Origin: Nanobdellota archaeon
Lineage (GTDB): Archaea > Nanobdellota > Nanobdellia > CSSed11-243R1
Assembly (NCBI GenBank): GCA_021163365.1
Contig: JAGGWW010000007.1
Location: forward strand, 13,929 to 77,928
Reading direction: 5' to 3'
Length of the DNA: 64,000 nucleotides
Shown: piece after piece, positions 36,526 to 45,840 of the stretch
Position numbering within the stretch: position 1 is the first letter of the stretch
Layout of the letters: the number at the start of each line of letters is the position of its first letter
Position numbers and translations under genes: made by a program
Notes under the pieces: model-generated
Databases searched by the model: none
Seen by the model: the letters and a program-made list of their open reading frames with translations, nothing else
What the model was told of the DNA's origin: nothing

Positions 36526-38035
36526 GCAATCTATATTTATCAGGAATTAAATCCAAGACATTTTCATCTTTCTTTTTTATTAACTCATCTACTAACTCCT
36601 TCTTTTTTTCTTTTATTTCACCCATACTCACTTTTATTAAAGTAGGAAGATAATCAAATCTTATTTCATCAACAGGCGTGTATTTCGCAATATTTTCTAA
36701 TAAAATAATTCCTCCAACAAGAGTTTCTGAATCAACAACATTCTTAGCATAAAAAAGCTCATTAGCTATAACCTCTGCTGTAGCCATACTATAAATATGC
36801 TTGTAATCTTCATCTTTAACACTTTGATGTTTTCCAGATAGTTTGTGGAAATTCCTCACCAAACTATCGGAAACAAACATGCTTGCAAAATTTCTTATTT
36901 CTTCTGATGCTTCCTTCTTATAAAGCGATGCATATGTTAAATATCTGGCAGTTAAATAAACCATCTCTGGGAAGTCTTCATAGTTAAACACATCTATCAA
37001 ATCGCTAAGCTTTGATTCATTATCTAATGGTTTTTCATAGATATCTCTAACTATTTCATAAAATGTTTTACCATATTTCGAAAAAATATACCTGTGTGCT
37101 ATTGAAAGACGTTCTTCTCTTTTAGAAAGATTTAGCAAATCATTGAAAAAGCCAGTCATATCTTTGCTTAGGTTCTCAAATATTCCATCAAATTCATCAT
37201 TAGATATCCTATCTATAACATTAATCTCCTTTCTTTTATTTAAATAAGCACCTCCGAAGCTAGATATGAAATAAATAAAAGCTTCATTATCTTCAAGTGT
37301 TGCTACTAATTCATTTGTTTTTTTGAGAAAATTCAACAAGCCGTTCAATGTTGAATAACCAAAAGCACTAAAAACATTGTTATCTCTTTCAACCAATTTT
37401 ATGAATTCATTAACAGAAATCGCATGACCGCTCCCTAAGCTAAGATTTGCAGTTTTCTGAAACCCTATTGAAATAACTTTTTCAATTGTATCTTTTCTAA
37501 CCTGATTATATCCAAATGACAAAGCAGAAACCAACTTATTCTCATTTAGAACGCCTATCTTTTTCTCAAAATCATTTGTTACATCTTTGTACTTTTCTAA
37601 GAAATCATTTACAAACGTAAAACTTATATCTAAAGATGGAGTTATTTCTAAAAACTCAGACAATTCTTTTACGAACCTCGTATCTTTTTCAACTAAAGAA
37701 TAAAGTTTTTCGATTGAAGTTTCTTCTGGAACAACTGGTACAAAAGAAATATCAACATATGTAAGAAGAGAATAAAACTCTTTGTTTATAGAATCAATAG
37801 CTTTCGGCAGATAATTTTTGCATTTTTCATAAAGCACGCCATTAACAATGGTTGCAGTGCTTTTTCTTCTATCTGCATCTTCTAATTCATATATTGCTGT
37901 ATCAATAAGGTCTTCTAATTTTTTTGTTTCCATACCATATTGCTTAAAAACACTAATCAACTCTCTTAACATCTCCAATTCATCCTTTGTTTTCAGCACA
38001 TCATTTAAAAGCCCATCAAATGGCATATTTATCAC
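36500..38035 (-). CDS. Hypothetical protein (511 aa)
   Basis: Long ORF, overlapping both neighbours (20 and 26 nt). Helical, D/E/K-rich. No family recognised. Confidence 0.5.
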   Translation of the reverse strand: MINMPFDGLLNDVLKTKDELEMLRELISVFKQYGMETKKLEDLIDTAIYELEDADRRKSTATIVNGVLYEKCKNYLPKAIDSINKEFYSLLTYVDISFVPVVPEETSIEKLYSLVEKDTRFVKELSEFLEITPSLDISFTFVNDFLEKYKDVTNDFEKKIGVLNENKLVSALSFGYNQVRKDTIEKVISIGFQKTANLSLGSGHAISVNEFIKLVERDNNVFSAFGYSTLNGLLNFLKKTNELVATLEDNEAFIYFISSFGGAYLNKRKEINVIDRISNDEFDGIFENLSKDMTGFFNDLLNLSKREERLSIAHRYIFSKYGKTFYEIVRDIYEKPLDNESKLSDLIDVFNYEDFPEMVYLTARYLTYASLYKKEASEEIRNFASMFVSDSLVRNFHKLSGKHQSVKDEDYKHIYSMATAEVIANELFYAKNVVDSETLVGGIILLENIAKYTPVDEIRFDYLPTLIKVSMGEIKEKKKELVDELIKKKDENVLDLIPDKYRLLVEKYLGG

Positions 38036-39920
38036 TCACACTTTTTACATCAACATAATCATCAAGGTAACTAGTTTCATATGCTGCAAGAGCATCGTAA
38101 GAATGTTCAAGTTCATTAAAATAAGAAATAATGTCAAGCTTAAGCTTCAAATACTTTTTATAATCAACATATGTTATGAAATCTCCACTTTCCTTTAAAA
38201 TATCAATTGCTTTAACTAACTTTGTAATCAAGTCTGTTTGCTTATACAAAATCAAATAACGCATTAAAGTATACCTGTTTATCTCTTCTTTATTTTTTAA
38301 CTTCCTTTCTTCAAAATCATTTAATCTTTCTTCAAGCCCACCTTGGACTTCTGAAAAATATTTGTAATCTTCATTAAGAATGCAGTTAGTATAATTCTCC
38401 CATGATTCAAAAAATCTCTTTACATGTTTTCCTTTAAGTTTTGGCTCAAGCAAAACAGCTTTAATTGGATCCACAGAATTTTCTATAATTTTACTAAGTT
38501 CTTTATAACCTCCATCTCCTTCTATTTCACAAAGCACATCCCACAAAAATGGATTCAATGAATCTTTGTTAATAGCTTCATCTATAAGCTTGCGCGCTTC
38601 TTCATGTTTGCCATTTTTGAATTTAGCAAGTGCAAGCCTACCTCTTAAAGAGGAATCATACAAACTTGGCACAACACTATGTATACTTAACTCTTTCTGT
38701 AGACTAACTGCTTTTTGAAGCAATCTCTCTGCTTGTTCATAATCCTCTACCATAAGTTTAACCCCACCAGCAAAAGCGTAGTAAAAACCATCTTCTTCTA
38801 TCATTTTCTTTGCTAACTCAGAAGAAAGCTCGCCTATGTTTGAGATTTTTTTAAGCAAATCCTTTAAAATAGGTAAATCATCCTTTAAATCATTATATAA
38901 ATCTCCTTCTGCGTGTTCGATTTCTTCTGCATATTCGATTAAATCCTCACCGACAATAAGTGCAACAGAGTAAAAGATATCCCTTTTATCTTTATCCATA
39001 TTTTTATAACTCTCTATAACTCTTCTTGCAGTATCCTTTGAATAATTAATTAATTCTGTGTAATGTTCTCGGGGCATTTTAATTCCTATTTGTGCTTCTT
39101 TAACAAAAAGGCGCTTGAAGTAATTGAAGAACTTAACAAAACCCATAATCTCTTGATAATTAAATTCATATGTGTCTCTTCCTCTTTTTACATCCAATGC
39201 TTTTCTTGCTACTTCTTCATAATCTGAATACAAACCACTTAAGAAAAGCAATTTACCTTCTTGGAATATCTTTTCATAAATACCTTCATCAGAATAAGCA
39301 GGCCTACATCTAATCCTTATTCTAAATGCTTCAATTGTTCTAAGAATTGCTTTTGCCATCTTATTGCTTGCTACTTTTTTATTTCCATTGGTAAGTGCCA
39401 TTGCAATTGCTTCTATGGCATCCCTCTTACATGTAGTAAACAACTCTTCTCCTTCATATTCTGGAACATTCATTACCCTTGGATCGAATCTTAAGTCTTC
39501 AATTATCTTTTTTCCAGCTTCTGTTTTGCCTGTCATTGTAACATAAAAAAGTCTGTAATACGGTGCAATATTACCCCAGCCTTCATTAGAACGTGTTAAT
39601 GTTAAAAGCAAAGAAGAAACATCTAGATTAAAATAATACTCTAATGGTGCAAGAAAGATTGTTACATCATAGTCATCGTGTTCTTCTGCAATTTCATCAA
39701 GTGTTTTTTTAATTCTCTTGTAATTTTCTGCCTCATCATAATATTTAAAGCGCTCTGGGTTTAATTCATCATGTTTAAGCAGCAAAACCAAATCAATGTC
39801 AGAGCATGGGTCTGTGCTTCCAAATGAGAATAAAGAAAACCTTTTATCCCTAAGATTAAGCTTACTAAGAATCTCAGATACTATTTCCTTTTTAACTTCC
39901 TCTCTGCCCATCGTTATCAC
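38016..39920 (-). CDS. Nucleotidyltransferase (Pol-beta fold) fused to a long TPR-like helical domain (634 aa)
   Basis: N-terminal FSLFSFGSTDPCSDIDLVLLLKHD (hG[GS]…DxD) with a third acidic residue in DYDVTIFLAP. The remaining about 480 aa are helical repeats. Confidence 0.6.
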   Translation of the reverse strand: MITMGREEVKKEIVSEILSKLNLRDKRFSLFSFGSTDPCSDIDLVLLLKHDELNPERFKYYDEAENYKRIKKTLDEIAEEHDDYDVTIFLAPLEYYFNLDVSSLLLTLTRSNEGWGNIAPYYRLFYVTMTGKTEAGKKIIEDLRFDPRVMNVPEYEGEELFTTCKRDAIEAIAMALTNGNKKVASNKMAKAILRTIEAFRIRIRCRPAYSDEGIYEKIFQEGKLLFLSGLYSDYEEVARKALDVKRGRDTYEFNYQEIMGFVKFFNYFKRLFVKEAQIGIKMPREHYTELINYSKDTARRVIESYKNMDKDKRDIFYSVALIVGEDLIEYAEEIEHAEGDLYNDLKDDLPILKDLLKKISNIGELSSELAKKMIEEDGFYYAFAGGVKLMVEDYEQAERLLQKAVSLQKELSIHSVVPSLYDSSLRGRLALAKFKNGKHEEARKLIDEAINKDSLNPFLWDVLCEIEGDGGYKELSKIIENSVDPIKAVLLEPKLKGKHVKRFFESWENYTNCILNEDYKYFSEVQGGLEERLNDFEERKLKNKEEINRYTLMRYLILYKQTDLITKLVKAIDILKESGDFITYVDYKKYLKLKLDIISYFNELEHSYDALAAYETSYLDDYVDVKSVSDKYAI

Positions 39921-39931
39921 TTTAAAGTAGA

Positions 39932-40690
39932 TTATATTTCATAAACTTTTCCCTTAGAAAGTATCTCTAGATTTGTTTGCATATTCTCTGGAACATGAAC
40001 AAGATAAAGCCTTTCTTTAACATCATCTGGCAATGCTTCTAAGTTTCTAACATGTGTGTGAAAATATTCACCAAATTCATCAGTTGCTTCATGTAAAATT
40101 ATATGACAATCCCATCCAAAATCAATATTATTGTGGAAAAATTCTTCATCTATAATTCCATTGTAAAACAAGTGTTTTAAAAGTCTGGGATTGTAATTTG
40201 TATCTCCACTATAAAACAATCTTTTACCATCATATTCAAATATAAAACCAAATGCAGGCACAGGATGATAATTTTCTCTAATCCTTATTGATATTCCATT
40301 TTCTTTAAATTCTTCACCAACCTTTAGTTCTTTAAATTCAACTAAATCATCTAAATCAAACACTGTGGCTTTTGTAACATTATTTGGAAGTGCATAGCTT
40401 GGAGGATTTCTAAACATGATATCAAATATTTCCTTAAATCTGTTAAAAACCTCTTTTGTTGTATAAATCTTTGTTTTTTTGTTTGATTTATATCTCTGTA
40501 AAAGAAGTGTGAATATATCGCCAAGATGGTCTGGGTGCACATGTGTAAGGATAATATTATTAATCTCCTGTGCATTAATCTTTGATATATCTTTTGGACA
40601 TTCAACAAGATAAACATCACTAGCGTAAATTAAAAAAGAAGTGTTTTCTATTGAAGTTGCATTTCCTATTCCAAGTGCTTTTATTCTCAC
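39932..40690 (-). CDS. Metallo-beta-lactamase-fold hydrolase (first gene of the long minus-strand operon)
   Basis: ILTHVHPDHLGD (HxHxDH) plus downstream His/Asp ligands. 11 nt upstream of the NTase-TPR gene. Confidence 0.7.
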   Translation of the reverse strand: MRIKALGIGNATSIENTSFLIYASDVYLVECPKDISKINAQEINNIILTHVHPDHLGDIFTLLLQRYKSNKKTKIYTTKEVFNRFKEIFDIMFRNPPSYALPNNVTKATVFDLDDLVEFKELKVGEEFKENGISIRIRENYHPVPAFGFIFEYDGKRLFYSGDTNYNPRLLKHLFYNGIIDEEFFHNNIDFGWDCHIILHEATDEFGEYFHTHVRNLEALPDDVKERLYLVHVPENMQTNLEILSKGKVYEI

Positions 40691-40789
40691 AGAAAAATTA
40701 AGACATTTTAAAGATAATAATGAAAAGTGCTTATTTTTGCTGAATAAAATTTCAGAAGATTTAAATATTGAAACTTAATTAGTAAATAC

Positions 40790-41989
40790 ATGGATTTTGA
40801 AGAATATTTCAGAAAAACAATAGATTTTGTAATCAAAGAACAAAAAGCACAAGGAATATGGAGCAAAAGAATCAAACACAATGAGCCAAGAGAACTTTTT
40901 AGAAGGATTGTACCAACAAAAGAAGCTGTTGAAACATTAATATATACTGGTGCTTATGGAAATTCCAAAGTAATTAAAGCTGGAATTAAAAACATACTTG
41001 ATTATGAACTTGAAGAGGCAGACCCATTAGAACTTTGGGCAACGAAGCTAAGGATTGCGGAAATTGCTAATAATAAAGAAATTATAAAAGAAATCTCAAA
41101 ATGGCTTAGAAATAAAAACATCCTAAGCACACGATTGCCCATGTTGTTTTCTATGATGTTATCAGAAGCAATAGGTGAAAACATAGACTTAATAAAAAAG
41201 TTAAAAAAAGCAAGAGCAAGAGATGGCAAAGGATGGGGAAGAATTGTTAAGGATTCTAAATCGTACATTACATTTACATCAAACGCTGTAATAGCATTGA
41301 TACTTGCTGGAGAAAATCCAAATGAAACATATCTTCAAAAAGCAAGAATATTTATTGAAAAATCTCAAAATAAAAATGGGAGCTGGAATTCAAGCCCAGA
41401 AACACTTACTAAACCAACAACATATGCAACAGCATTGGCTGTTCAAGCACTAATGCTTCTTTCAAAGAATCCATTTAACAAAGCAGTAAATAACGGAATA
41501 TCCTATTTATTAAAAACAGCACATAAAAAAGGAGGCTGGCCACTTATTAAAAATGAAGAACCCGAGATATATACAACAATGTATGCTGTGAAGACATTGA
41601 GATTCTATAATTATTTAAAAGAAAACAATGAAGAATATTTATCAAAGTTTCTAACACCTCAACAGCTAAGCTGCTATTTGTTTAAAAAATTCACATTCGA
41701 TTATCCAAAGGAAAAATTGATAGATATTTGCATTAAAGACCTTCTTTCATCAAAAGCTATTGCTGCAACACCTTCTGCAATTAAAAGGAGAAGAGACATA
41801 ATAAAAATTCTAATGAAACACACACTTGATGTTGCTGGCATAATAGATAAGTTAAATCAAATGGGATATCACCTAAATAAAAAATCTCACATGACTCAAA
41901 TAAAGTTTGATGTTGAGCATTTAAGAGAAATGAACTTAGTTGATAGAATTAAAAATAGGTACTTCGTTGTTGTTGATTTAGGATTTTAA
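40790..41989 (+). CDS. Prenyltransferase/terpenoid-cyclase-like alpha-alpha-toroid repeat protein
   Basis: Repeated Q/GxW units (KAQGIW, GKGWGR, KNGSWN, KKGGWP) of the squalene-cyclase/prenyltransferase beta-subunit repeat type. Divergent from the long operon. Confidence 0.45.
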   Translation: MDFEEYFRKTIDFVIKEQKAQGIWSKRIKHNEPRELFRRIVPTKEAVETLIYTGAYGNSKVIKAGIKNILDYELEEADPLELWATKLRIAEIANNKEIIKEISKWLRNKNILSTRLPMLFSMMLSEAIGENIDLIKKLKKARARDGKGWGRIVKDSKSYITFTSNAVIALILAGENPNETYLQKARIFIEKSQNKNGSWNSSPETLTKPTTYATALAVQALMLLSKNPFNKAVNNGISYLLKTAHKKGGWPLIKNEEPEIYTTMYAVKTLRFYNYLKENNEEYLSKFLTPQQLSCYLFKKFTFDYPKEKLIDICIKDLLSSKAIAATPSAIKRRRDIIKILMKHTLDVAGIIDKLNQMGYHLNKKSHMTQIKFDVEHLREMNLVDRIKNRYFVVVDLGF

Positions 41990-43018
41990 ATAAATTCTCG
42001 TGGACTTGCCTTTAAATCCTCCGCCTGTTTTTTCAAGTTTTAGAAAACCAAGCCTTTCTAAGTTATTAACATATCTTTTAAAACTCTTATATGAAAGCTT
42101 ACCGCCTTTTGAAACATATTCTTTGTAAATTTCTCCTGAGATTGCGCCGTTCTTCTTTTTAACAGCACTTAAAATTAAATGCTCATCTTTATTAAGACTA
42201 TCTTCTTCTGGCTTCTTTTCACTAACTTCTTTTATAACTTTATCAACATGCTCTTTTTTTATCCTATTCTCACCTTCATACTCTGCTAACTTTGCTGCTT
42301 CATGAATAATATTTAAACCAACCCTTACATCTCCTTTTTTGTGCGTTACATTTGCAATTAGTTTTATTAACAAAGGATTAATTGCGCCTGCTCTTAATCC
42401 AAGCTTCACTCTTTCTTTTAAAATCCCTTCTATTTCTTCAAGTGAGTATGGTTTAAATTCTAAACTTCTTAATTGTAAACGCGATTTTATCCTTGGGTCA
42501 ATCCTTAAAATATAATTGTAATTGTTGCTAATCAAATGCACGCATGATTTTTGAGTAACATTTAAAATTTGATATAAAAAGTTAGAATTCTCTATTTTAT
42601 CTATTTCATCAAAAACAAAAACAGCGCTTTTGTTTTTTAACTTATACTTTATTTGATGTAAAACATGCTCAGCACTCTTTCCAGCAGTAAATGAAATCCC
42701 AAGCTGGTTTGCTATGTCTGTATATATAAAGTACTTTGTCTTCAGGTTCCAACAATTAACATAAATTGGGACAACCTCATCAGTTGTTTCTTCTAACTCT
42801 CTAAGAACCCATTTAACAGATGCTGTTTTACCTATGCCAGGAGCACCATGAATAAAAAGATTAGAACCTTTCCTTTCGTAAAGAAGTGGTTTTATTGCAT
42901 TTGCAATTTCCTGAATTTGATTTTCTCTGTAAGGAAGAACCTTTGGCACAAATTCATAACTAAAAGCATCTTCATTTTTTATTATGTCTGATTTTTTACC
43001 AACATCAAAAATTCCCAT
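41978..43018 (-). CDS. cdc6: Orc1/Cdc6 replication initiator
   Basis: YRENQIQEIANAIKPLL…FIHGAPGIGKTASVKWV (AAA+ Walker A), a D[DE] Walker B, and a C-terminal winged helix (…ISGEIYKEYVSKGGKLSYKSFKRYVNNLERLGFL…). Confidence 0.85.
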   Translation of the reverse strand: MGIFDVGKKSDIIKNEDAFSYEFVPKVLPYRENQIQEIANAIKPLLYERKGSNLFIHGAPGIGKTASVKWVLRELEETTDEVVPIYVNCWNLKTKYFIYTDIANQLGISFTAGKSAEHVLHQIKYKLKNKSAVFVFDEIDKIENSNFLYQILNVTQKSCVHLISNNYNYILRIDPRIKSRLQLRSLEFKPYSLEEIEGILKERVKLGLRAGAINPLLIKLIANVTHKKGDVRVGLNIIHEAAKLAEYEGENRIKKEHVDKVIKEVSEKKPEEDSLNKDEHLILSAVKKKNGAISGEIYKEYVSKGGKLSYKSFKRYVNNLERLGFLKLEKTGGGFKGKSTRIYLKS

Positions 43019-43326
43019 TAGACTGCACCTTTCTCAAGTTTCTTTAAAAATTTGAAAACCTCTGGATGCAAAGATGTTGTAAAATATTTTTTCACTTGTG
43101 TTGGTTTAATCCATTTAATTTCAACAAGTTTTTCTTTTGCTAATTCCAAATCCTTTGAATAGCCAGGCCTGCCACCTGGAAAACACCAACTAAGCTTTGG
43201 GAAATAAGGGTCATTTTCTCTTCTGCCTATTAAGATTTTCTTCTTTTTTTCGTCATAAACAATACCTAAAACATTGACTAAGAATACACCTCTGTTAAAT
43301 TCATGCAAATTAAGAGTTTTTCTCAT
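43018..43326 (-). CDS. Hypothetical small protein (102 aa), possibly a degenerate Nudix-like fold
   Basis: …ILIGRRENDPYFPKLSWCFPGGRPGYSKDLELAKEKLVE… weakly resembles the Nudix N-terminal strand/loop but lacks a full Nudix box. ATGA overlap with cdc6. Confidence 0.3.
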   Translation of the reverse strand: MRKTLNLHEFNRGVFLVNVLGIVYDEKKKKILIGRRENDPYFPKLSWCFPGGRPGYSKDLELAKEKLVEIKWIKPTQVKKYFTTSLHPEVFKFLKKLEKGAV

Positions 43327-43435
43327 TTTTATTCGACAACTAGATAGTCAGTAATGGTTTATAAATATTTGTAAGTGCTTTATCTTCTTCCAGATAAAAA
43401 AGAGAAATAAAATTTCATGAAGTGCTTTAACTTTC

Positions 43436-43969
43436 ATGGACATCAAGGGATTTAAGAAAAATACAATAGTGCTTATAATTTGCGATGCAGACAAGATTCT
43501 AAAAAACACAATTGATATAATAAAAACATTGCAGAACGATTATCTTTTCTTATATGTAGCAATAAGCCATCCCTATCATGTTTTAAGCGAGATATTTAAA
43601 AAACAAGAAATAGATGTTAACAAAATTTTCTTTATTGATTGTGTTACAAAAATGACTTTGCCTGAAAAAGCAGTTCAAACACCACATTGTTTGTTTATAG
43701 ACACGCCAAGCTCGTTAAATGAGCTAAATATAGCAATAAATAGAACTATTAACTCAATGCCAAACAAGGATAAACTTCTCTTTATGGATAGCCTTACAAC
43801 ACTTTTAGTTTATAGCTCATCTGGAAGCATTGCAAAATTTTCTCATTTTTTAATAAACAAGATAAAGCTAATGGGATTAAGTGGTGTTTTCATGAGCGTT
43901 GAAAAAGAAATGGATGAAAGGTTAGTTGCACAACTAACTGAATTTTGTGATGAAGTTATAAGGATTTAG
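43436..43969 (+). CDS. KaiC/RecA-superfamily-like protein lacking a canonical Walker A (degenerate ATPase domain)
   Basis: Size and strand topology resemble a single KaiC-like domain. No GxxxxGK[ST]. Precedes a bona fide KaiC-like ATPase by 10 nt. Confidence 0.4.
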   Translation: MDIKGFKKNTIVLIICDADKILKNTIDIIKTLQNDYLFLYVAISHPYHVLSEIFKKQEIDVNKIFFIDCVTKMTLPEKAVQTPHCLFIDTPSSLNELNIAINRTINSMPNKDKLLFMDSLTTLLVYSSSGSIAKFSHFLINKIKLMGLSGVFMSVEKEMDERLVAQLTEFCDEVIRI

Positions 43970-43979
43970 GTGATGGAAA

Positions 43980-44696
43980 ATGTTGTCAAGATTTGCAAAA
44001 TTTGGTATTAAAAAACTTGATGAATCTTTGGGTGGAGGATTAGAAAGAAATTCGTTAAATCTAATAAGCGGAAAAACAGGAACTGGTAAAACAATTTTAG
44101 CTCTTACATGGTTGGCTGAAGGTGCAAAAAATGGAGAGAAATGCACTTTTATATCAACAACAATGGAAACAGATAGAATAAAGAATTATATGAAAAGAAT
44201 CATGGGAAATAAGGTGAACAAAATAACATTTAGAGACTTTACTCCAGAACCAAAAGAATTGATGCCAATAAATGAAGAAGTTATAAAAGAACTTTTTGAT
44301 AAGAAGCTAAGAGTTGAAGGAAAAATAGACAGATTAGTAATAGACTCTATATCAACTTTTGAAAGAGTTTTACTTGACCAATCAATGATAAGAAAGTTTT
44401 TTTACATACTAAGCAGGCAATTAGCAGAAAATAAATGCACAAGCATATTTGTTGAAGAAGCAAGAAAAGCAAGTTCTCCAATATGGGATGAAACGAGAAA
44501 TATATGTGAATCTTTTATTGAGCTAACAACTCTTCCAACAAGAACCAAACTTGTAAGAGCATTAAGAATTGTTAAAAGATATGGTGTAAGTCATCCATTA
44601 GAATGGCTTCCCTTTGAAATAACAAACAAAGGTGTGAAATTGCTTAATGGAAGATACATAGAAAGAAACGAAGATGTTGTTTTTATCAGGAAATAA
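43980..44696 (+). CDS. KaiC-like RecA-superfamily ATPase
   Basis: GIKKLDESLGGGLERNSLNLISGKTGTGKT (KaiC/RadA-type P-loop). Walker B …RLVIDSIS. Confidence 0.7.
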   Translation: MLSRFAKFGIKKLDESLGGGLERNSLNLISGKTGTGKTILALTWLAEGAKNGEKCTFISTTMETDRIKNYMKRIMGNKVNKITFRDFTPEPKELMPINEEVIKELFDKKLRVEGKIDRLVIDSISTFERVLLDQSMIRKFFYILSRQLAENKCTSIFVEEARKASSPIWDETRNICESFIELTTLPTRTKLVRALRIVKRYGVSHPLEWLPFEITNKGVKLLNGRYIERNEDVVFIRK

Positions 44697-44807
44697 TTGA
44701 ATTAATGGAAATATTGGACAACACCCCGACAAATATTAATACATTTAAAAGATAATATAAATTAGCCAAGGCGGGCAATACCCGCCTTTAAATTCGGAGG
44801 TGTTCAA

Positions 44808-44930
44808 ATGAACGGGCTTTTTTATGATCTTGATGAATGGCTTAAAATGGTTGAAGAAAGAAGGAGACCCTCATCTGCAGAAGGTGCAAGATGGTGGCTT
44901 GAAAGAATAAAAGCACGCTCTTTCTCCTAA
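44808..44930 (+). CDS. Possible 40-aa basic micro-protein
   Basis: MNGLFYDLDEWLKMVEERRRPSSAEGARWWLERIKARSFS. A strong SD (GGAGGTG) sits 7 nt upstream. It lies in a 290-nt gap and is preceded by a perfect 6-bp GC hairpin (GGCGGG-caata-CCCGCC, 44770-44786). Confidence 0.3.
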   Translation: MNGLFYDLDEWLKMVEERRRPSSAEGARWWLERIKARSFS

Positions 44931-44984
44931 CGAGGTTTTCGCAGCCCTCTCCCTCCGTTTTTTCTTTTCTTTTTTGGTGAAAAA

Positions 44985-45767
44985 ATGAAAATTTTCCATG
45001 TTATTAAATTCTCACCAAATAAAAGAAAATTAGTTGTCCGACAATTACCAAATAAACTTTCTGAAATTAATTTGGATGGAGTTATTAACTTTAAAGTTTT
45101 ATCTGGAAAGTTCTGCATTGGCTACTGGAAAAACCAGTCTTATTTTAAATGTTTTAAGAAAATTCAAAAAGGTTTTCAATGCGAGAGCTGTTTTAAGAAA
45201 GAAACAAATAACTTTTGCGCTATGTGTAATGGAAAATGTTTTCTTAGAAAACCAATTTGCGGGCAACATTATGTTTATCTTGCAAGCTTTGGGAATATTT
45301 TAAAAGTTGGTGTTACATCAGTAAACAGATTTCCAGAAAGAGTAATAGAACAAGGTGCTGATTTTGCAGCAAGAATATTGCTTGTTGAGAATGGTTTAAT
45401 AGCAAGAAAAATAGAAAGAATGATTTCAATTAATTACAACATTAGAGATAAAATTAGTGCAATAACTAAGCTAAAAGTATTGTTAAACAAAAATGCGCGT
45501 GAGATTGGAAAAGAATTTCTAAAAACAGTTTATTGGCAGATAATTGACAAATTACCTGCTAAGATAAAACTTGACTTAGAAATAGAAGATTTATCAATAT
45601 ATTATAAAGAACCTCAAAAAGCAAAAGCAATTTCAATAGAAGACAATATGGAATTGCAAGGAAAAATCATAGGATATAAGGGGAATTACATTTTTATTAA
45701 AAATCACCAAGGGATTTTCATGTTTAATGGATATGAATTAGTATCACGAGTTGTAAAAATACCATAA
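44985..45767 (+). CDS. Cys-rich hypothetical protein (260 aa)
   Basis: Cluster CFKKIQKGFQCESCFKKETNNFCAMCNGKCFLRKPICGQH (at least 8 Cys), suggesting Zn binding. Confidence 0.45.
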   Translation: MKIFHVIKFSPNKRKLVVRQLPNKLSEINLDGVINFKVLSGKFCIGYWKNQSYFKCFKKIQKGFQCESCFKKETNNFCAMCNGKCFLRKPICGQHYVYLASFGNILKVGVTSVNRFPERVIEQGADFAARILLVENGLIARKIERMISINYNIRDKISAITKLKVLLNKNAREIGKEFLKTVYWQIIDKLPAKIKLDLEIEDLSIYYKEPQKAKAISIEDNMELQGKIIGYKGNYIFIKNHQGIFMFNGYELVSRVVKIP

Positions 45768-45840
45768 TATCACTGCAAGGAGACGAATTTACCGCAATCC
45801 ATCACAAATGCTTTTAAATGAACGAATTCTATAAAAAAAC

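Noticed and set aside
41978-43435. Replication origin (ORB repeats) next to orc1/cdc6
   Set aside because: The only intergenic space (43327-43435) is about 110 nt and shows no ORB-like inverted repeats or extended AT-rich unwinding element beyond background. An origin cannot be supported from this window.
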